A DNA stretch of 38,966 bases from a virus. Lineage: Duplodnaviria; Caudoviricetes. The stretch spans positions 1-38,966 of the IMG/VR virus record IMGVR_UViG_3300040985_000661. One strand, 5' to 3'. Positions 1 to 8,804 of this stretch are shown one piece after another. The first letter of the stretch is position 1, and every line of letters starts with the position of its first letter. A model generated the notes under the pieces. It had not been told where the DNA came from. It did not search any database and was given only the letters and a program-made list of their open reading frames with translations. A program made the position numbers and the translations under genes.

Positions 1-1
1 A

Positions 2-280
2 GGTAAAAAGGAAGTACTGAAGAAGGCCCGAAACTATGTAAGGGCTGAAGTACGTGATCGTAAGACTGGTAAGTCAAAACCAGAGAAGACTGGTACGATG
101 TCTGCTGAAAACTTCATCATGGGCCTTAATTTACAGTATGGGGATCAGGATCGGAGGAAGACTGGTGATGATACTTATGCTCGTTCAAACCGAAATGCTT
201 CCAAAGCATTAAAGCAGATTAAGAAGAAACGTAAAGGCTTTAGTGGTAAAGGTGCTGGTAAAGCTGTGCGAGGATATTAG
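2..280 (+). CDS. Partial (5'-truncated by the window edge) basic Lys/Arg-rich phage protein
   Basis: The frame is open from position 2 (GKKEVLKKARNYV...) through the listed 98..280 ORF and ends in a GKGAGKAVRGY tail. Confidence 0.6.
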   Translation, partial: GKKEVLKKARNYVRAEVRDRKTGKSKPEKTGTMSAENFIMGLNLQYGDQDRRKTGDDTYARSNRNASKALKQIKKKRKGFSGKGAGKAVRGY

Positions 281-397
281 GTGGAAAAGAGATTCATTGA
301 TTCTCCAGTACCGGAAGGGGCTTCCTATATCTTATATCGTAGGAAGCTCCCTTTACGTATTAGACTTCTCAGATGGTGGACTAATTTATGGGCGTAG
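281..397 (+). CDS. Possible small hypothetical protein (38 aa, GTG start)
   Basis: GTG directly follows the TAG at 278-280; reads VEKRFIDSPVPEGASYILYRRKLPLRIRLLRWWTNLWA*; contains a hairpin at 315-353. Confidence 0.3.
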   Translation: MEKRFIDSPVPEGASYILYRRKLPLRIRLLRWWTNLWA

Positions 398-597
398 ACG
401 TAATCTATAGTAATTTAGAATCTTTTGAAGGGACTGTAAGTGGAACAGTCACCCTCTCATTAACGTTATACAGTCGTAAACTCATTATAACAAATGATAG
501 TGGTAGTGCAGATTTACAGTTTTACCCAAAGACAACTGCTAATGCAAATTACATGACGTTAAAACCTACTGAAACAATTCATAGATGTTGTTTATAG
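388..597 (+). CDS. Small beta-rich virion-associated protein, probably C-terminally truncated near 575
   Basis: Thr/Ser-rich beta-strand pattern (RKLIITNDSGSADLQF...TLKPTET) that ends abruptly in IHRCCL, where a second startless frame takes over. Confidence 0.5.
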   Translation: MGVDVIYSNLESFEGTVSGTVTLSLTLYSRKLIITNDSGSADLQFYPKTTANANYMTLKPTETIHRCCL

Positions 598-817
598 AGA
601 AAGTAGGGGGAGTAAGAACGTACATAATTTAACCCCTATAGATTACCCTGAAGCTACTTTAGCAATCAAAGCAATATGGAAAGATTATATAGAGATGGTC
701 CTATTAGCTGAGAAGTACAGGGATAAGTTAGATCAGATAGATGAGAAAGCTTTAGGGACTGGTCTTTGTGGGACACATACAGCAATCACACAGATTCATT
801 ACTTAGCGAGTAGATAA
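563..817 (+). pseudogene. Startless 84-codon open frame (3' remnant of a gene)
   Basis: Open from the TAA at 560-562 to the TAA at 815-817 (KQFIDVVYRESRGS...QIHYLASR*). No early ATG or RBS; its stop sits 1 nt before the next ATG at 819. Confidence 0.5.
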
Positions 818-818
818 C

Positions 819-938
819 ATGGTTATAAGCAGGGCATCTATAAGTCAACAGATTACTAAGGGGCCTATGAAAAAGAAATCCCCTTATAAAAAGAAATCTA
901 AAGGGAAGAAGGTAAAGAAAAATGGCAAGCAGCGGTAA
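819..938 (+). CDS. Small basic protein (39 aa)
   Basis: MVISRASISQQITKGPMKKKSPYKKKSKGKKVKKNGKQR*; overlaps the start of the 922 gene; below the ORF-track size cutoff. Confidence 0.6.
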   Translation: MVISRASISQQITKGPMKKKSPYKKKSKGKKVKKNGKQR

Positions 939-1596
939 TTACGCCTTCAGTATGGACATTAACGAAGTTGTTGAGGAAGCCCTTGAGATGATTGGGGGTG
1001 AGCAGACATTGGGGCATGAGCCTAAGTCTGCCCGTCGAAGTATCAACCTACTCCTTACGGATTGGGGTAATAGGGGGGTTAACTTATGGACGGTGGACAC
1101 CACTGTTGTCACAGTGACCACATCTGTTTCCTCTTATGCTATGACTTCTTCCACGATGGATGTGTTGGACATGGTTGTGTCACGGGATAATGTAGACTTG
1201 TACGCAACACGTATAAGCATGGAGGAATACCTCCACATCCCACGTAAGGGACAGACTGGTCGCCCTAATCAGTACTCAGTACGGAGGGGGGTTGGTAATC
1301 CTACTATCCATGTCTGGCCTATCCCTGAGAACTCCACAGACATCTTGAAGTTTGAGCAGGTTAAGGCTATTCAGGATGTAGATAAGGCAGCGGTAGAGAA
1401 TGCTGACGTACCTAAGAGGTTTCTCCCTGCCCTCACATCAGGGCTGGCATATTACATGTCCCTTAAACGGCCTGACATCCCCTTAGAGAGGATTGGGCTC
1501 CTGAAACAGAACTATGAAGAGCTTATGACCCATGCTCAAGAAGAAGATAGGGAACGTACAAGTTTATTTTTCAAGCCGAAGCTGAATAAGGTATAA
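922..1596 (+). CDS. Head-tail adaptor / tail tubular protein A-like (P22 gp4 or T7 gp11 position)
   Basis: 224 aa. N-terminal DINEVVEEALEMIG...ARRSINLLLTDW, central GRPNQY and IHVWPIP, C-terminal RFLPALTSGLAYY helix; lies ahead of the tail genes. Confidence 0.7.
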   Translation: MASSGNYAFSMDINEVVEEALEMIGGEQTLGHEPKSARRSINLLLTDWGNRGVNLWTVDTTVVTVTTSVSSYAMTSSTMDVLDMVVSRDNVDLYATRISMEEYLHIPRKGQTGRPNQYSVRRGVGNPTIHVWPIPENSTDILKFEQVKAIQDVDKAAVENADVPKRFLPALTSGLAYYMSLKRPDIPLERIGLLKQNYEELMTHAQEEDRERTSLFFKPKLNKV

Positions 1597-1603
1597 TAGG
1601 CAA

Positions 1604-1882
1604 ATGGCTTCCAAAAGGAAAGCATGGGGAATATGTGATATATGTGGCTGGAAGTACAGACTTAACCAGCTACGAAAGAATAGTTATAACCTATTGGTAT
1701 GCCCTACAGATTATGATGGTAGGTTTGATTTAAAGAACCACCCACAGAATAGGTCGCCGAATTTAAAAGATGATGAAACAATACACAACGCCAGACCAGA
1801 ACTCTATGCAGAGAGAAATAAAAGTTGGGAAGACGTTGACACCAATTGGGAAGATTTAGATTCCTATTGGAATTTAGTGTAA
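1604..1882 (+). CDS. Small Zn-ribbon-like conserved phage protein
   Basis: CDICG...LLVCPTDYDG...HPQN motif. Confidence 0.65.
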   Translation: MASKRKAWGICDICGWKYRLNQLRKNSYNLLVCPTDYDGRFDLKNHPQNRSPNLKDDETIHNARPELYAERNKSWEDVDTNWEDLDSYWNLV

Positions 1883-1894
1883 AAGGGGTAAGGG

Positions 1895-3856
1895 ATGGCT
1901 ACTAACACAGGGCGTAAGATCGCCAACACGTATAAGAACTTACTCAACATTGATAATTCTAATTCAGGGGTAGATACCACCGTCCGTACTGTTCAGGATG
2001 GGGAAGGGACTGCTTCTGCCTTACAACTCTCTAATTCTAAGGTTAATGTTAACGGGTCATTCCAGATTAATGGGGTGACCTTAACATCTGATGTATCTGC
2101 CCTGAATGCTATCACTGATATCACCTCTAAGACAGGGATGTTGGCGGTTAGTGGTTCTGATGTTAATGGGAGGACTATGACAGCAGGGACTGGGGTCACC
2201 ATTACCAACGGTGATGGAACTGAAGGGAATCCTACCTTCGCTTTAGACCCCTCAGGTGTCTCAGCCGCCTCATATGGTCCTTTCTCCCAGTTCTCGGTGA
2301 ATGCAGTAGGGCAGGTTACGTCTGTATCTGATTCAGCCAGTGTATCGGTGGCTACCTTAGGGGCTTCCACTATAAATACTGAGTATCTGAACGCATCTGC
2401 CAATGTAAGTATCACAGGGGATGTTACGATAGCTGGTGATGTATGGGTTAGTGGGACTATCTCAGCCACCAACATCTATGCAACCACTATTGAAGCCACA
2501 AAGATTAATGTTGCCACCTTATCAGCAGATGCAGCAACAATCAACTCCCTTACTGTTATTGGATTTGGGACCAGTCTCACATCCCTCACAGCCAACCATG
2601 TAGACTTCCTTTCCAGTGTAGATATCCAATGTGCCTTGAGTGGGACCACTGCAATCTTCACAGGGGTGGTCAGTGCATCAGATTTAGTAGCTTCTGGGGC
2701 AGTAACAGGGGCAACAGGTGGGTTCAGTACAAAAATATCCGCTGCTGCTGCTGAGTTTAGTGGTCCGGTCAGTGGTACATCTGCTGTATTCAGTGGTATT
2801 GTATCTGTTGGAACCCTTAATGCTACCACAGCTATCCTTATTGGGGCAGATAACGTTGCCACATCCTCTACTGTAGCCGCCCTTTCAGCTACAATGGCAA
2901 CCAGTATTGGGACAGCAAACACTCGCATTACATCAGTAAGCGACTTCGCTGTAGCCCTATCAGCCACAATGGCAACCAGCATAGGCAATTCTAATACTGC
3001 TATTACAGCCCTTTCAGCAACAATGGCAACCAGCATTGGGACTGCTAACACCCGTATCACATCAGTAAGTGATTTTGCTGTGGCATTGTCAGCTACAATG
3101 GCAACCAGCATTGGTACTGCTAATACCCGTATTACCTCTGTCAGTGATTTTGCTGTGGCCCTCTCTGCTACGATGGCAACCAGCATTGGAACAGCCAATA
3201 GTGCTATCACTGCTTTATCTGCCACTATGGCTACGAGTATTGGTAATTCTAACACTGCTATCACAGCTTTATCAGCCACAATGGCAACCAGTATTGGTAA
3301 TCACCTTCCATTAGCAGGGGGTACGTTATCAGGACATGTGAGTGGTACAGCTATCACGATGAGTGGTATCATCAGTGCCAGTTCTGTTGTTGCCCCTAAC
3401 GGAACCTTTGGAACTAAGGTATCTACTGCTGCCATGAGCATGAGCGGGGATACTTCTGCTGCTGATGTTTATTGTAGTGGGGTGGCTATTAATGTAGATG
3501 CCCTTACTGGTAAGGACTTTCATATAGCAGGTGCTGCTGTTGCAGATATCGTATCCCTTACAGATGCTGCCTCTATTTCAGTTGACTTTAACAGTGGTCA
3601 GAACTTTATTGTTCAGCTTGCAGGAAATCGTACATTACTCAATCCTTCTAATTGCGTAGCAGGACAGACTGGTAGTATAATCTTAGTGCAAGATGGGACA
3701 GGTTCACGTACCCTTTCCTTTAGTACAAATTGGGATTTTCCCACAGCAGGGACAGCCCCTACACTTAGTACAGGAGTGAGTGCTGTAGATAGATTGGATT
3801 ATATTGTGTATACTTCAACAAACGTTCAAGCAATAGCAACATTGGATTTACAATAA
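1895..3856 (+). CDS. Tail fibre protein with coiled-coil repeat stalk and C-terminal docking domain
   Basis: 653 aa, very Ser/Thr/Ala/Gly-rich; seven ALSATMATSIG repeats; C-terminal QDGTGSRTLSF...APTLST...VDRL domain. Confidence 0.8.
   Translation: MATNTGRKIANTYKNLLNIDNSNSGVDTTVRTVQDGEGTASALQLSNSKVNVNGSFQINGVTLTSDVSALNAITDITSKTGMLAVSGSDVNGRTMTAGTGVTITNGDGTEGNPTFALDPSGVSAASYGPFSQFSVNAVGQVTSVSDSASVSVATLGASTINTEYLNASANVSITGDVTIAGDVWVSGTISATNIYATTIEATKINVATLSADAATINSLTVIGFGTSLTSLTANHVDFLSSVDIQCALSGTTAIFTGVVSASDLVASGAVTGATGGFSTKISAAAAEFSGPVSGTSAVFSGIVSVGTLNATTAILIGADNVATSSTVAALSATMATSIGTANTRITSVSDFAVALSATMATSIGNSNTAITALSATMATSIGTANTRITSVSDFAVALSATMATSIGTANTRITSVSDFAVALSATMATSIGTANSAITALSATMATSIGNSNTAITALSATMATSIGNHLPLAGGTLSGHVSGTAITMSGIISASSVVAPNGTFGTKVSTAAMSMSGDTSAADVYCSGVAINVDALTGKDFHIAGAAVADIVSLTDAASISVDFNSGQNFIVQLAGNRTLLNPSNCVAGQTGSIILVQDGTGSRTLSFSTNWDFPTAGTAPTLSTGVSAVDRLDYIVYTSTNVQAIATLDLQ
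2879..3298 (+). repeat. Intragenic tandem repeat: 7 x ALSATMATSIG with 75-bp and 54-bp periods
   Basis: Units of 25 aa (linker TANTRITSVSDFAV) or 18 aa (linker NSNTAIT or TANSAIT); synonymous codons differ between copies. Confidence 0.95.
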
Positions 3857-6300
3857 TGGTATTTTCTAACTCTCTCCTCATGGGTGCAGCAGCGGCTGGT
3901 GGCGGCGGCTACGTCATCAACAACGCTGTGTGGTTTGACACCAACGATTATTTATCTAAAACCTTCAGCGGCGCAGCAACTTCATCTACCCGGAAAATTT
4001 ATAACATATGGGTGAAGATCGGAGATATCGGCGTTGATCCCATGCTGATATCAGCGGGGAACGTATCTCCACGAATACAGTTCTACGTTAATTCAAGCGG
4101 CAAGTTAGTCTGGTATGAACAAGGTGCAGATACTGCAACGAAATGCCACTACGTATCTACGGCGGTGTTTCGTGATGTTACAGGGTGGCAATGCTTTACA
4201 GCCTCTATAGACACTGGAGACGCCACGGCGGCGGACAGACTAAAGCTGTACCATAATGGGGTAGAGATTACTGCTTTCGATACACAAACAACATACGGTT
4301 CTAGCTACGCTACTATTGCATCAGATAACTCAAACCCACAGTACGTGTCGCGTACTTCTAATGCTACTAGCGCCAACTGGATCGGCTATATGGCCCAGCA
4401 TACACACCTTGACGGACAGAGCATTCAGAACGGCGATATTGCCATTACTGATTTGGTAGGCGTAGATGATAACGGTGCGCCTATTCCTGTCGATGTCAGT
4501 GCACTAACATTCGGGAATAATGGCTATCTTCAAGATTATGCAGTAGCTCCCGGCACCGGCAATGGTGCTGGCACAGACGTATCAGGTAACACAAACCACT
4601 TCACCGACGTATCCATGACATCGGCACAACAAGTAACTGACAGCCCGACTGATGATGCTGATAATGATGTTGGCAACTATACTACCTTTAATTCGCTTCA
4701 GCCTTCTGCTACAGGATTGAGTGGCGGCAATAAGCAATTCGATACGTCTGCTACCAGCACACACAATACAGCCTCAACGACAACTGGGCATTCATCCGGT
4801 AAATGGTATTTTGAGATTACAGCGAATGCCGCACTTGGCAGCAATGCTCGTGTCGGCATCATCCCACAAAACAATGATAATTATACAGGCGCTGATGGAC
4901 ACGTTGGCGATGACGCAGATAGCTATGCTTACAGTGATACGGGTAATAAAGAAAATAATAACTCTGCTACTGCGTATGGTAACTCCTACGCAAATGGTAA
5001 TCGTATTAATGTCGCTGTTGATCTTGATAATGGCACCATCTGGTTTGGTAAAGATGGGACGTGGCAAAACAGCGCCACTCAAGGAGAGATAGAAGCAGGA
5101 ACAACAACGAATGCGGCATATACGTTCACGGTTGCGGATGTATATTTTGCTGCTTGCTCGCAATACAACGCTGGAGGCTTCGCACTAAATACAGGCGAGG
5201 GCGGCTTTACCGATACCGTCCCCGCTGGGTTCTTGCCTTGGGGCTTTACGGCTGATCTCCCCGCACCAACTGTCACAGACCCCAGTGCTGAGTTCCAAGT
5301 CTCCCTCACCACGCACGGCGGCACCAGCGAGACTGTCACGGCACCGTCAAGCCTGACTACTGATGATTGGCTGGTGATTAGTAAGAACAGGGATACGTCT
5401 GAGAAGTGGTACTGGTCGAATGGACTTAGTGGTTACACGAAGTATTTGAGTTCGGATGCCACAACGGCAGAGACTACAGATGCCAATGTCCATTCAGCTT
5501 CTGGCACAACACTAACCCTTGGCTCCACCTTTGCCGCCGACGACTATGTGACTTACCTACTTAAAGCGGGGACGGCAGGTGGGGCGAGTAACTCTGACGG
5601 TACTGTAACTAGTACGGTTAGTGCTGCATCTCACGGCGGCTTTGCAATCATTAAGCACACCAATACTAGCGGGGATTATACTTACGGTCATGGGCTGGCT
5701 GGGGTCGATCTGTTAATGCAGAAGGGGGCAGGCTCGCAAGGCTGGCTAGTGTGGTCGGCTCCTTTAGGTGTTGACGGATACTTGGCGTTACACAGCAACG
5801 ATGCTGTTGCTAACCCGGCGGGTGATCCGTGGTCTGACACTATCCCATCCTCAACTGTAATTACTACCGCTGGCACGACTTGGTACGGTGGGGGGTCGAT
5901 AGATATCACAACCTTTGCATTCAAGAAGACACCGGGGTTGGTGGGGATCGGCAGCTATACGGGCAATGGGAATGCTGATGGCCCAATGGTTATCGTGGAT
6001 GATGGCGCATCTGGGTTTACCCCTCTCGTAATGATAACGAAAAACATCTCTAACGCAGCCGGGTGGGCCGTTCATACTACCGCATTTGGTGGTCCGAACC
6101 CCAATTACCATGAGATGTATTTGAATGCCACAGATGATCAAGGTACATCTGGACTGCGAAAAGACTTCTTAGCAAACGGGGCGAAGATGCGTCATGGCTC
6201 AAGCACAGCACACAATACTAGTGGCGACACGTACATATACCTCGCATTCGCAGAGTTTCCATTCGGCGGTGACGGCGTGGCACAGGCGAGGGCAAGGTGA
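3856..6300 (+). CDS. Receptor-binding / fibre tip protein with ConA-LamG-like and SPRY-like domains
   Basis: 814 aa. N-terminal LLMGAAAAGGGG linker; SGKWYFEI and RINVAVDLDNGTIWFGKDGTW (SPRY-like); repeated GSYTGNG and YIYLAFAE modules; TAATG coupling to the fibre gene. Confidence 0.75.
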   Translation: MVFSNSLLMGAAAAGGGGYVINNAVWFDTNDYLSKTFSGAATSSTRKIYNIWVKIGDIGVDPMLISAGNVSPRIQFYVNSSGKLVWYEQGADTATKCHYVSTAVFRDVTGWQCFTASIDTGDATAADRLKLYHNGVEITAFDTQTTYGSSYATIASDNSNPQYVSRTSNATSANWIGYMAQHTHLDGQSIQNGDIAITDLVGVDDNGAPIPVDVSALTFGNNGYLQDYAVAPGTGNGAGTDVSGNTNHFTDVSMTSAQQVTDSPTDDADNDVGNYTTFNSLQPSATGLSGGNKQFDTSATSTHNTASTTTGHSSGKWYFEITANAALGSNARVGIIPQNNDNYTGADGHVGDDADSYAYSDTGNKENNNSATAYGNSYANGNRINVAVDLDNGTIWFGKDGTWQNSATQGEIEAGTTTNAAYTFTVADVYFAACSQYNAGGFALNTGEGGFTDTVPAGFLPWGFTADLPAPTVTDPSAEFQVSLTTHGGTSETVTAPSSLTTDDWLVISKNRDTSEKWYWSNGLSGYTKYLSSDATTAETTDANVHSASGTTLTLGSTFAADDYVTYLLKAGTAGGASNSDGTVTSTVSAASHGGFAIIKHTNTSGDYTYGHGLAGVDLLMQKGAGSQGWLVWSAPLGVDGYLALHSNDAVANPAGDPWSDTIPSSTVITTAGTTWYGGGSIDITTFAFKKTPGLVGIGSYTGNGNADGPMVIVDDGASGFTPLVMITKNISNAAGWAVHTTAFGGPNPNYHEMYLNATDDQGTSGLRKDFLANGAKMRHGSSTAHNTSGDTYIYLAFAEFPFGGDGVAQARAR

Positions 6301-6611
6301 TGAATAAAGAAACTATACAATCTAAACCGTGGGAACGTCACCTCCAATCTATCCTTACCTCACTTGTCCTTGTTGGGATCATATGGTTAGGGGCTACTGC
6401 TGTGGATAATGCTAAGACTATTGCAGTGATGGCTAATGATATAGGTAATATGAAGTTACAATTCACAGACTTTAAGATTAGTATGAAGGATAGATTCACT
6501 GGTGGGGATGGGGTCAGATTGCAGTCTCAGGTAGATAGGTTGGAAGAAACCCTACGTCAGCATTTGGCTACTCATAAACGAGTCTTATCTCTGAACAACA
6601 TACAAAGATAA
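6297..6611 (+). CDS. Small membrane protein (one TM helix plus coiled coil)
   Basis: Hydrophobic ILTSLVLVGIIWLGATAV followed by heptad-like helix; ancestral stop probably at 6579-6581. Confidence 0.65.
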   Translation: MMNKETIQSKPWERHLQSILTSLVLVGIIWLGATAVDNAKTIAVMANDIGNMKLQFTDFKISMKDRFTGGDGVRLQSQVDRLEETLRQHLATHKRVLSLNNIQR

Positions 6612-6817
6612 CCTTAGGATTGGTCCTTACTATTATTGTAGGGGTAGCCACAGGCACATGGTGGGCTTCCAGTATGGATAACCGAATGTTTAATCTTGAA
6701 AGTCAGACTAAAACTCAATGGCAGAAGTTATCTAAGATAGAAACAAATAGTACATCTATAGCAGTGATGAATGGGAAGTTAGACACCATCCTTAACATCT
6801 TGAAAGAAAGTAATTAA
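6578..6817 (+). CDS. Small membrane protein (one TM helix plus coiled coil); start uncertain (ACG at 6578 or TTG at 6620)
   Basis: Frame open from 6578: (T/M)SLISEQHTKITLGLVLTIIVGVATGTWWAS...SIAVMNGKLDTILNILKESN. Confidence 0.55.
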   Translation, partial: TSLISEQHTKITLGLVLTIIVGVATGTWWASSMDNRMFNLESQTKTQWQKLSKIETNSTSIAVMNGKLDTILNILKESN

Positions 6818-6818
6818 T

Positions 6819-7427
6819 ATGTGGGTCACTTTAAAAAATGGTAATATAGAAGCCACTCATCGTGGTAACAAAGGTGTTACCATTAACAATATACAACACT
6901 CTAAAAGTATCTTTACCAAATCATGGACTGACGATGAACGTAAAGCTATTGGCATCTATAAGGTAGAGAAGGTAGGGAGTGCAGGGAATAAGGCATTCTA
7001 TAAAAACTCTGAAAAGATGGCTTATGACTCAGACCAAGATAAGGTTATCAGTACCACAACAACTGTTATACGTACAGATGTAACTGAAAAGAAAAAGGAA
7101 ATGAGGCAGCAGACTAAGAGTATTACTGCTTCCCATTTATCCCAATCCGATTGGTACGTTACACGTAACATAGAGACAGGTAGAAATATTCCTTACTTCA
7201 TATCTGAGTATCGGAAGGATGTCCGTCTAGCTTCCAATGTTATTGAGAATGCTATTAAGGATGCGGTGACGATGGAAGACTTAGAAGGATTAACAATTGG
7301 AAGTCCTTCTGTTATCCATAATTGGCCTAACTTTGAGGAGGATTACCCCCCTAATTTAGCACCACCACCACCCCCTCCTCCTGCACCTGAACCTGAACCT
7401 GAACCTGAACCTGAACCTACACCATAA
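6819..7427 (+). CDS. Tail fibre assembly chaperone-like protein with Pro/PE tail
   Basis: WTDDERKAIGIY and LSQSDWYVTR...IP...YRKDVR motifs typical of fibre chaperones; follows the fibre and tip genes. Confidence 0.65.
   Translation: MWVTLKNGNIEATHRGNKGVTINNIQHSKSIFTKSWTDDERKAIGIYKVEKVGSAGNKAFYKNSEKMAYDSDQDKVISTTTTVIRTDVTEKKKEMRQQTKSITASHLSQSDWYVTRNIETGRNIPYFISEYRKDVRLASNVIENAIKDAVTMEDLEGLTIGSPSVIHNWPNFEEDYPPNLAPPPPPPPAPEPEPEPEPEPTP
7386..7418 (+). repeat. (CCTGAA)5 hexamer microsatellite encoding PEPEPEPEPEP
   Basis: Five exact CCTGAA copies plus CCT, preceded by a poly-Pro run. Confidence 0.95.
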
Positions 7428-7436
7428 GGAGATGTT

Positions 7437-7877
7437 ATGTTTAGAGCTTTAGTATTAGTCCTTTTTCTTACAGCATGTAATACCACCGCTGCTGCCCCTC
7501 CTACTGTTACCTCCCCTACTGTTACAAAAATATCATGGGAGTTAGGACATTTAGTTACAGTAGGATTTGGGTGTAAATCAGAAGAGGCTGTCCTTCGTTT
7601 AGTAGAAGGGGATAAGGCTGGTAAAGCTGTTGGGGCTATGTTATTTAATACTCTGAAAGCAGAAGGGGTGTGTGGATTCTTCTTAGGTCCTAAAGGAAAG
7701 ATGGAAGTTATTGGGGAAGTTATTGAGTTAGGCATTATCTATAATGACTTTACAGGGAACCCTACCCAAGTTCTTAAGTTAGAATTAAAAAGTGGGGACG
7801 GAGGTACGTTCCAGTTTTACACTATGCAATATACATCAGACGCAGAGAAGGCCCGTAAAATCGGGTACTCTATATAA
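7437..7877 (+). CDS. Predicted lipoprotein
   Basis: MFRALVLVLFLTAC: basic residue, hydrophobic core and LTA-C lipobox; AAGGAG RBS upstream. Confidence 0.65.
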   Translation: MFRALVLVLFLTACNTTAAAPPTVTSPTVTKISWELGHLVTVGFGCKSEEAVLRLVEGDKAGKAVGAMLFNTLKAEGVCGFFLGPKGKMEVIGEVIELGIIYNDFTGNPTQVLKLELKSGDGGTFQFYTMQYTSDAEKARKIGYSI

Positions 7878-7891
7878 GATAGGAGAATAGG

Positions 7892-8791
7892 ATGGCATCT
7901 ACTTATACAACCCGTATCCGCTTAGAGAAGCAGGGTGATGGGGAGAATGAAAACAGTTGGGGGGATGTTGCCAACACTGTTTTTGATTTGGTTGACGAGG
8001 CCATTGCTGGCTACGTCACCGTTACTATGTCTTCTGTGGATGTTACCCTTACCAACAACAGTGGTTCTTCTGATGAGGCAAGACATGCCTTCATTGAAAT
8101 TGCAGGGGCTGTTACAGAGTCAGTTAACCTTATCCTCCCAGCAGCAGAGAAAGGATACTTCATCCGTAATGCTGCCACTGTCAGTGCTGGTACATCAATC
8201 ACTGTAAAGACAGCGGCTGGTTCTGGTATCAATATAGCTGCATCGTCTAATCAACATGTTATTTGTGATAGTGTCTCAGTGTTCTCCCCTAATTCTGAAG
8301 GGTTGGGGTTGGGGACTGCTGCTGATCTGAATATTGGTACAAGTGTTAATGAGCTTATCCCAGTATCATCTGCTGATGCTCGTTATGCTCAGTTGTCCTC
8401 TACTAATACATTTACTGATGCTCAGACATTTAGTTCAACTGTTTCAGTAAGTGGTACGGCTGTATTTAAACAAGTTCAGTCCCCTATCGTTACCCTTACT
8501 GATGCTGCCTCTGTTGCATTAGACATGGCAGCGGGTAATCACTTCCTTGTTACCTTAGGGGGTAACAGAACCCTACAGAATCCCACCAATCAGGCTGTAG
8601 GTCAGGTCGGTCATATCTATGTTGTTCAAGATGGGACAGGGGGCCGAACGTTAAGTTTCGGGGATGTGTATAAATTCGTGGCAGGTACTACCGCAACACT
8701 AACATCAGTCTCTTCCAGTGTAGACCTAATTGTGTTCAGTGTACGACAACTCTCTGCTGTGGATACTGTTATTGCTAAGAACTTCTCGTAA
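7892..8791 (+). CDS. Short tail fibre / tail attachment protein
   Basis: N-terminal MASTYT..RLEKQGDGENENSWG anchor; C-terminal domain paralogous to that of 1895..3856. Confidence 0.75.
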   Translation: MASTYTTRIRLEKQGDGENENSWGDVANTVFDLVDEAIAGYVTVTMSSVDVTLTNNSGSSDEARHAFIEIAGAVTESVNLILPAAEKGYFIRNAATVSAGTSITVKTAAGSGINIAASSNQHVICDSVSVFSPNSEGLGLGTAADLNIGTSVNELIPVSSADARYAQLSSTNTFTDAQTFSSTVSVSGTAVFKQVQSPIVTLTDAASVALDMAAGNHFLVTLGGNRTLQNPTNQAVGQVGHIYVVQDGTGGRTLSFGDVYKFVAGTTATLTSVSSSVDLIVFSVRQLSAVDTVIAKNFS

Positions 8792-8804
8792 GGACTTTAT
8801 GTAG

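Noticed and set aside
1993-3279. Long antisense ORFs (1993..2475, 2476..3279; also 9080..9715, 30278..30748, 32188..32607)
   Set aside because: Shadow frames of real genes produced by biased codon use; no RBS or recognisable motifs.
2879-3298. CRISPR array
   Set aside because: The repeats are in-frame coding units with synonymous variation and recurring rather than unique spacers.
7867-7880. Shared ACTCTATATAA motif (also near 24991) as a phage promoter
   Set aside because: Only two copies, in opposite orientation relative to local transcription, and AT-rich enough to arise by chance.
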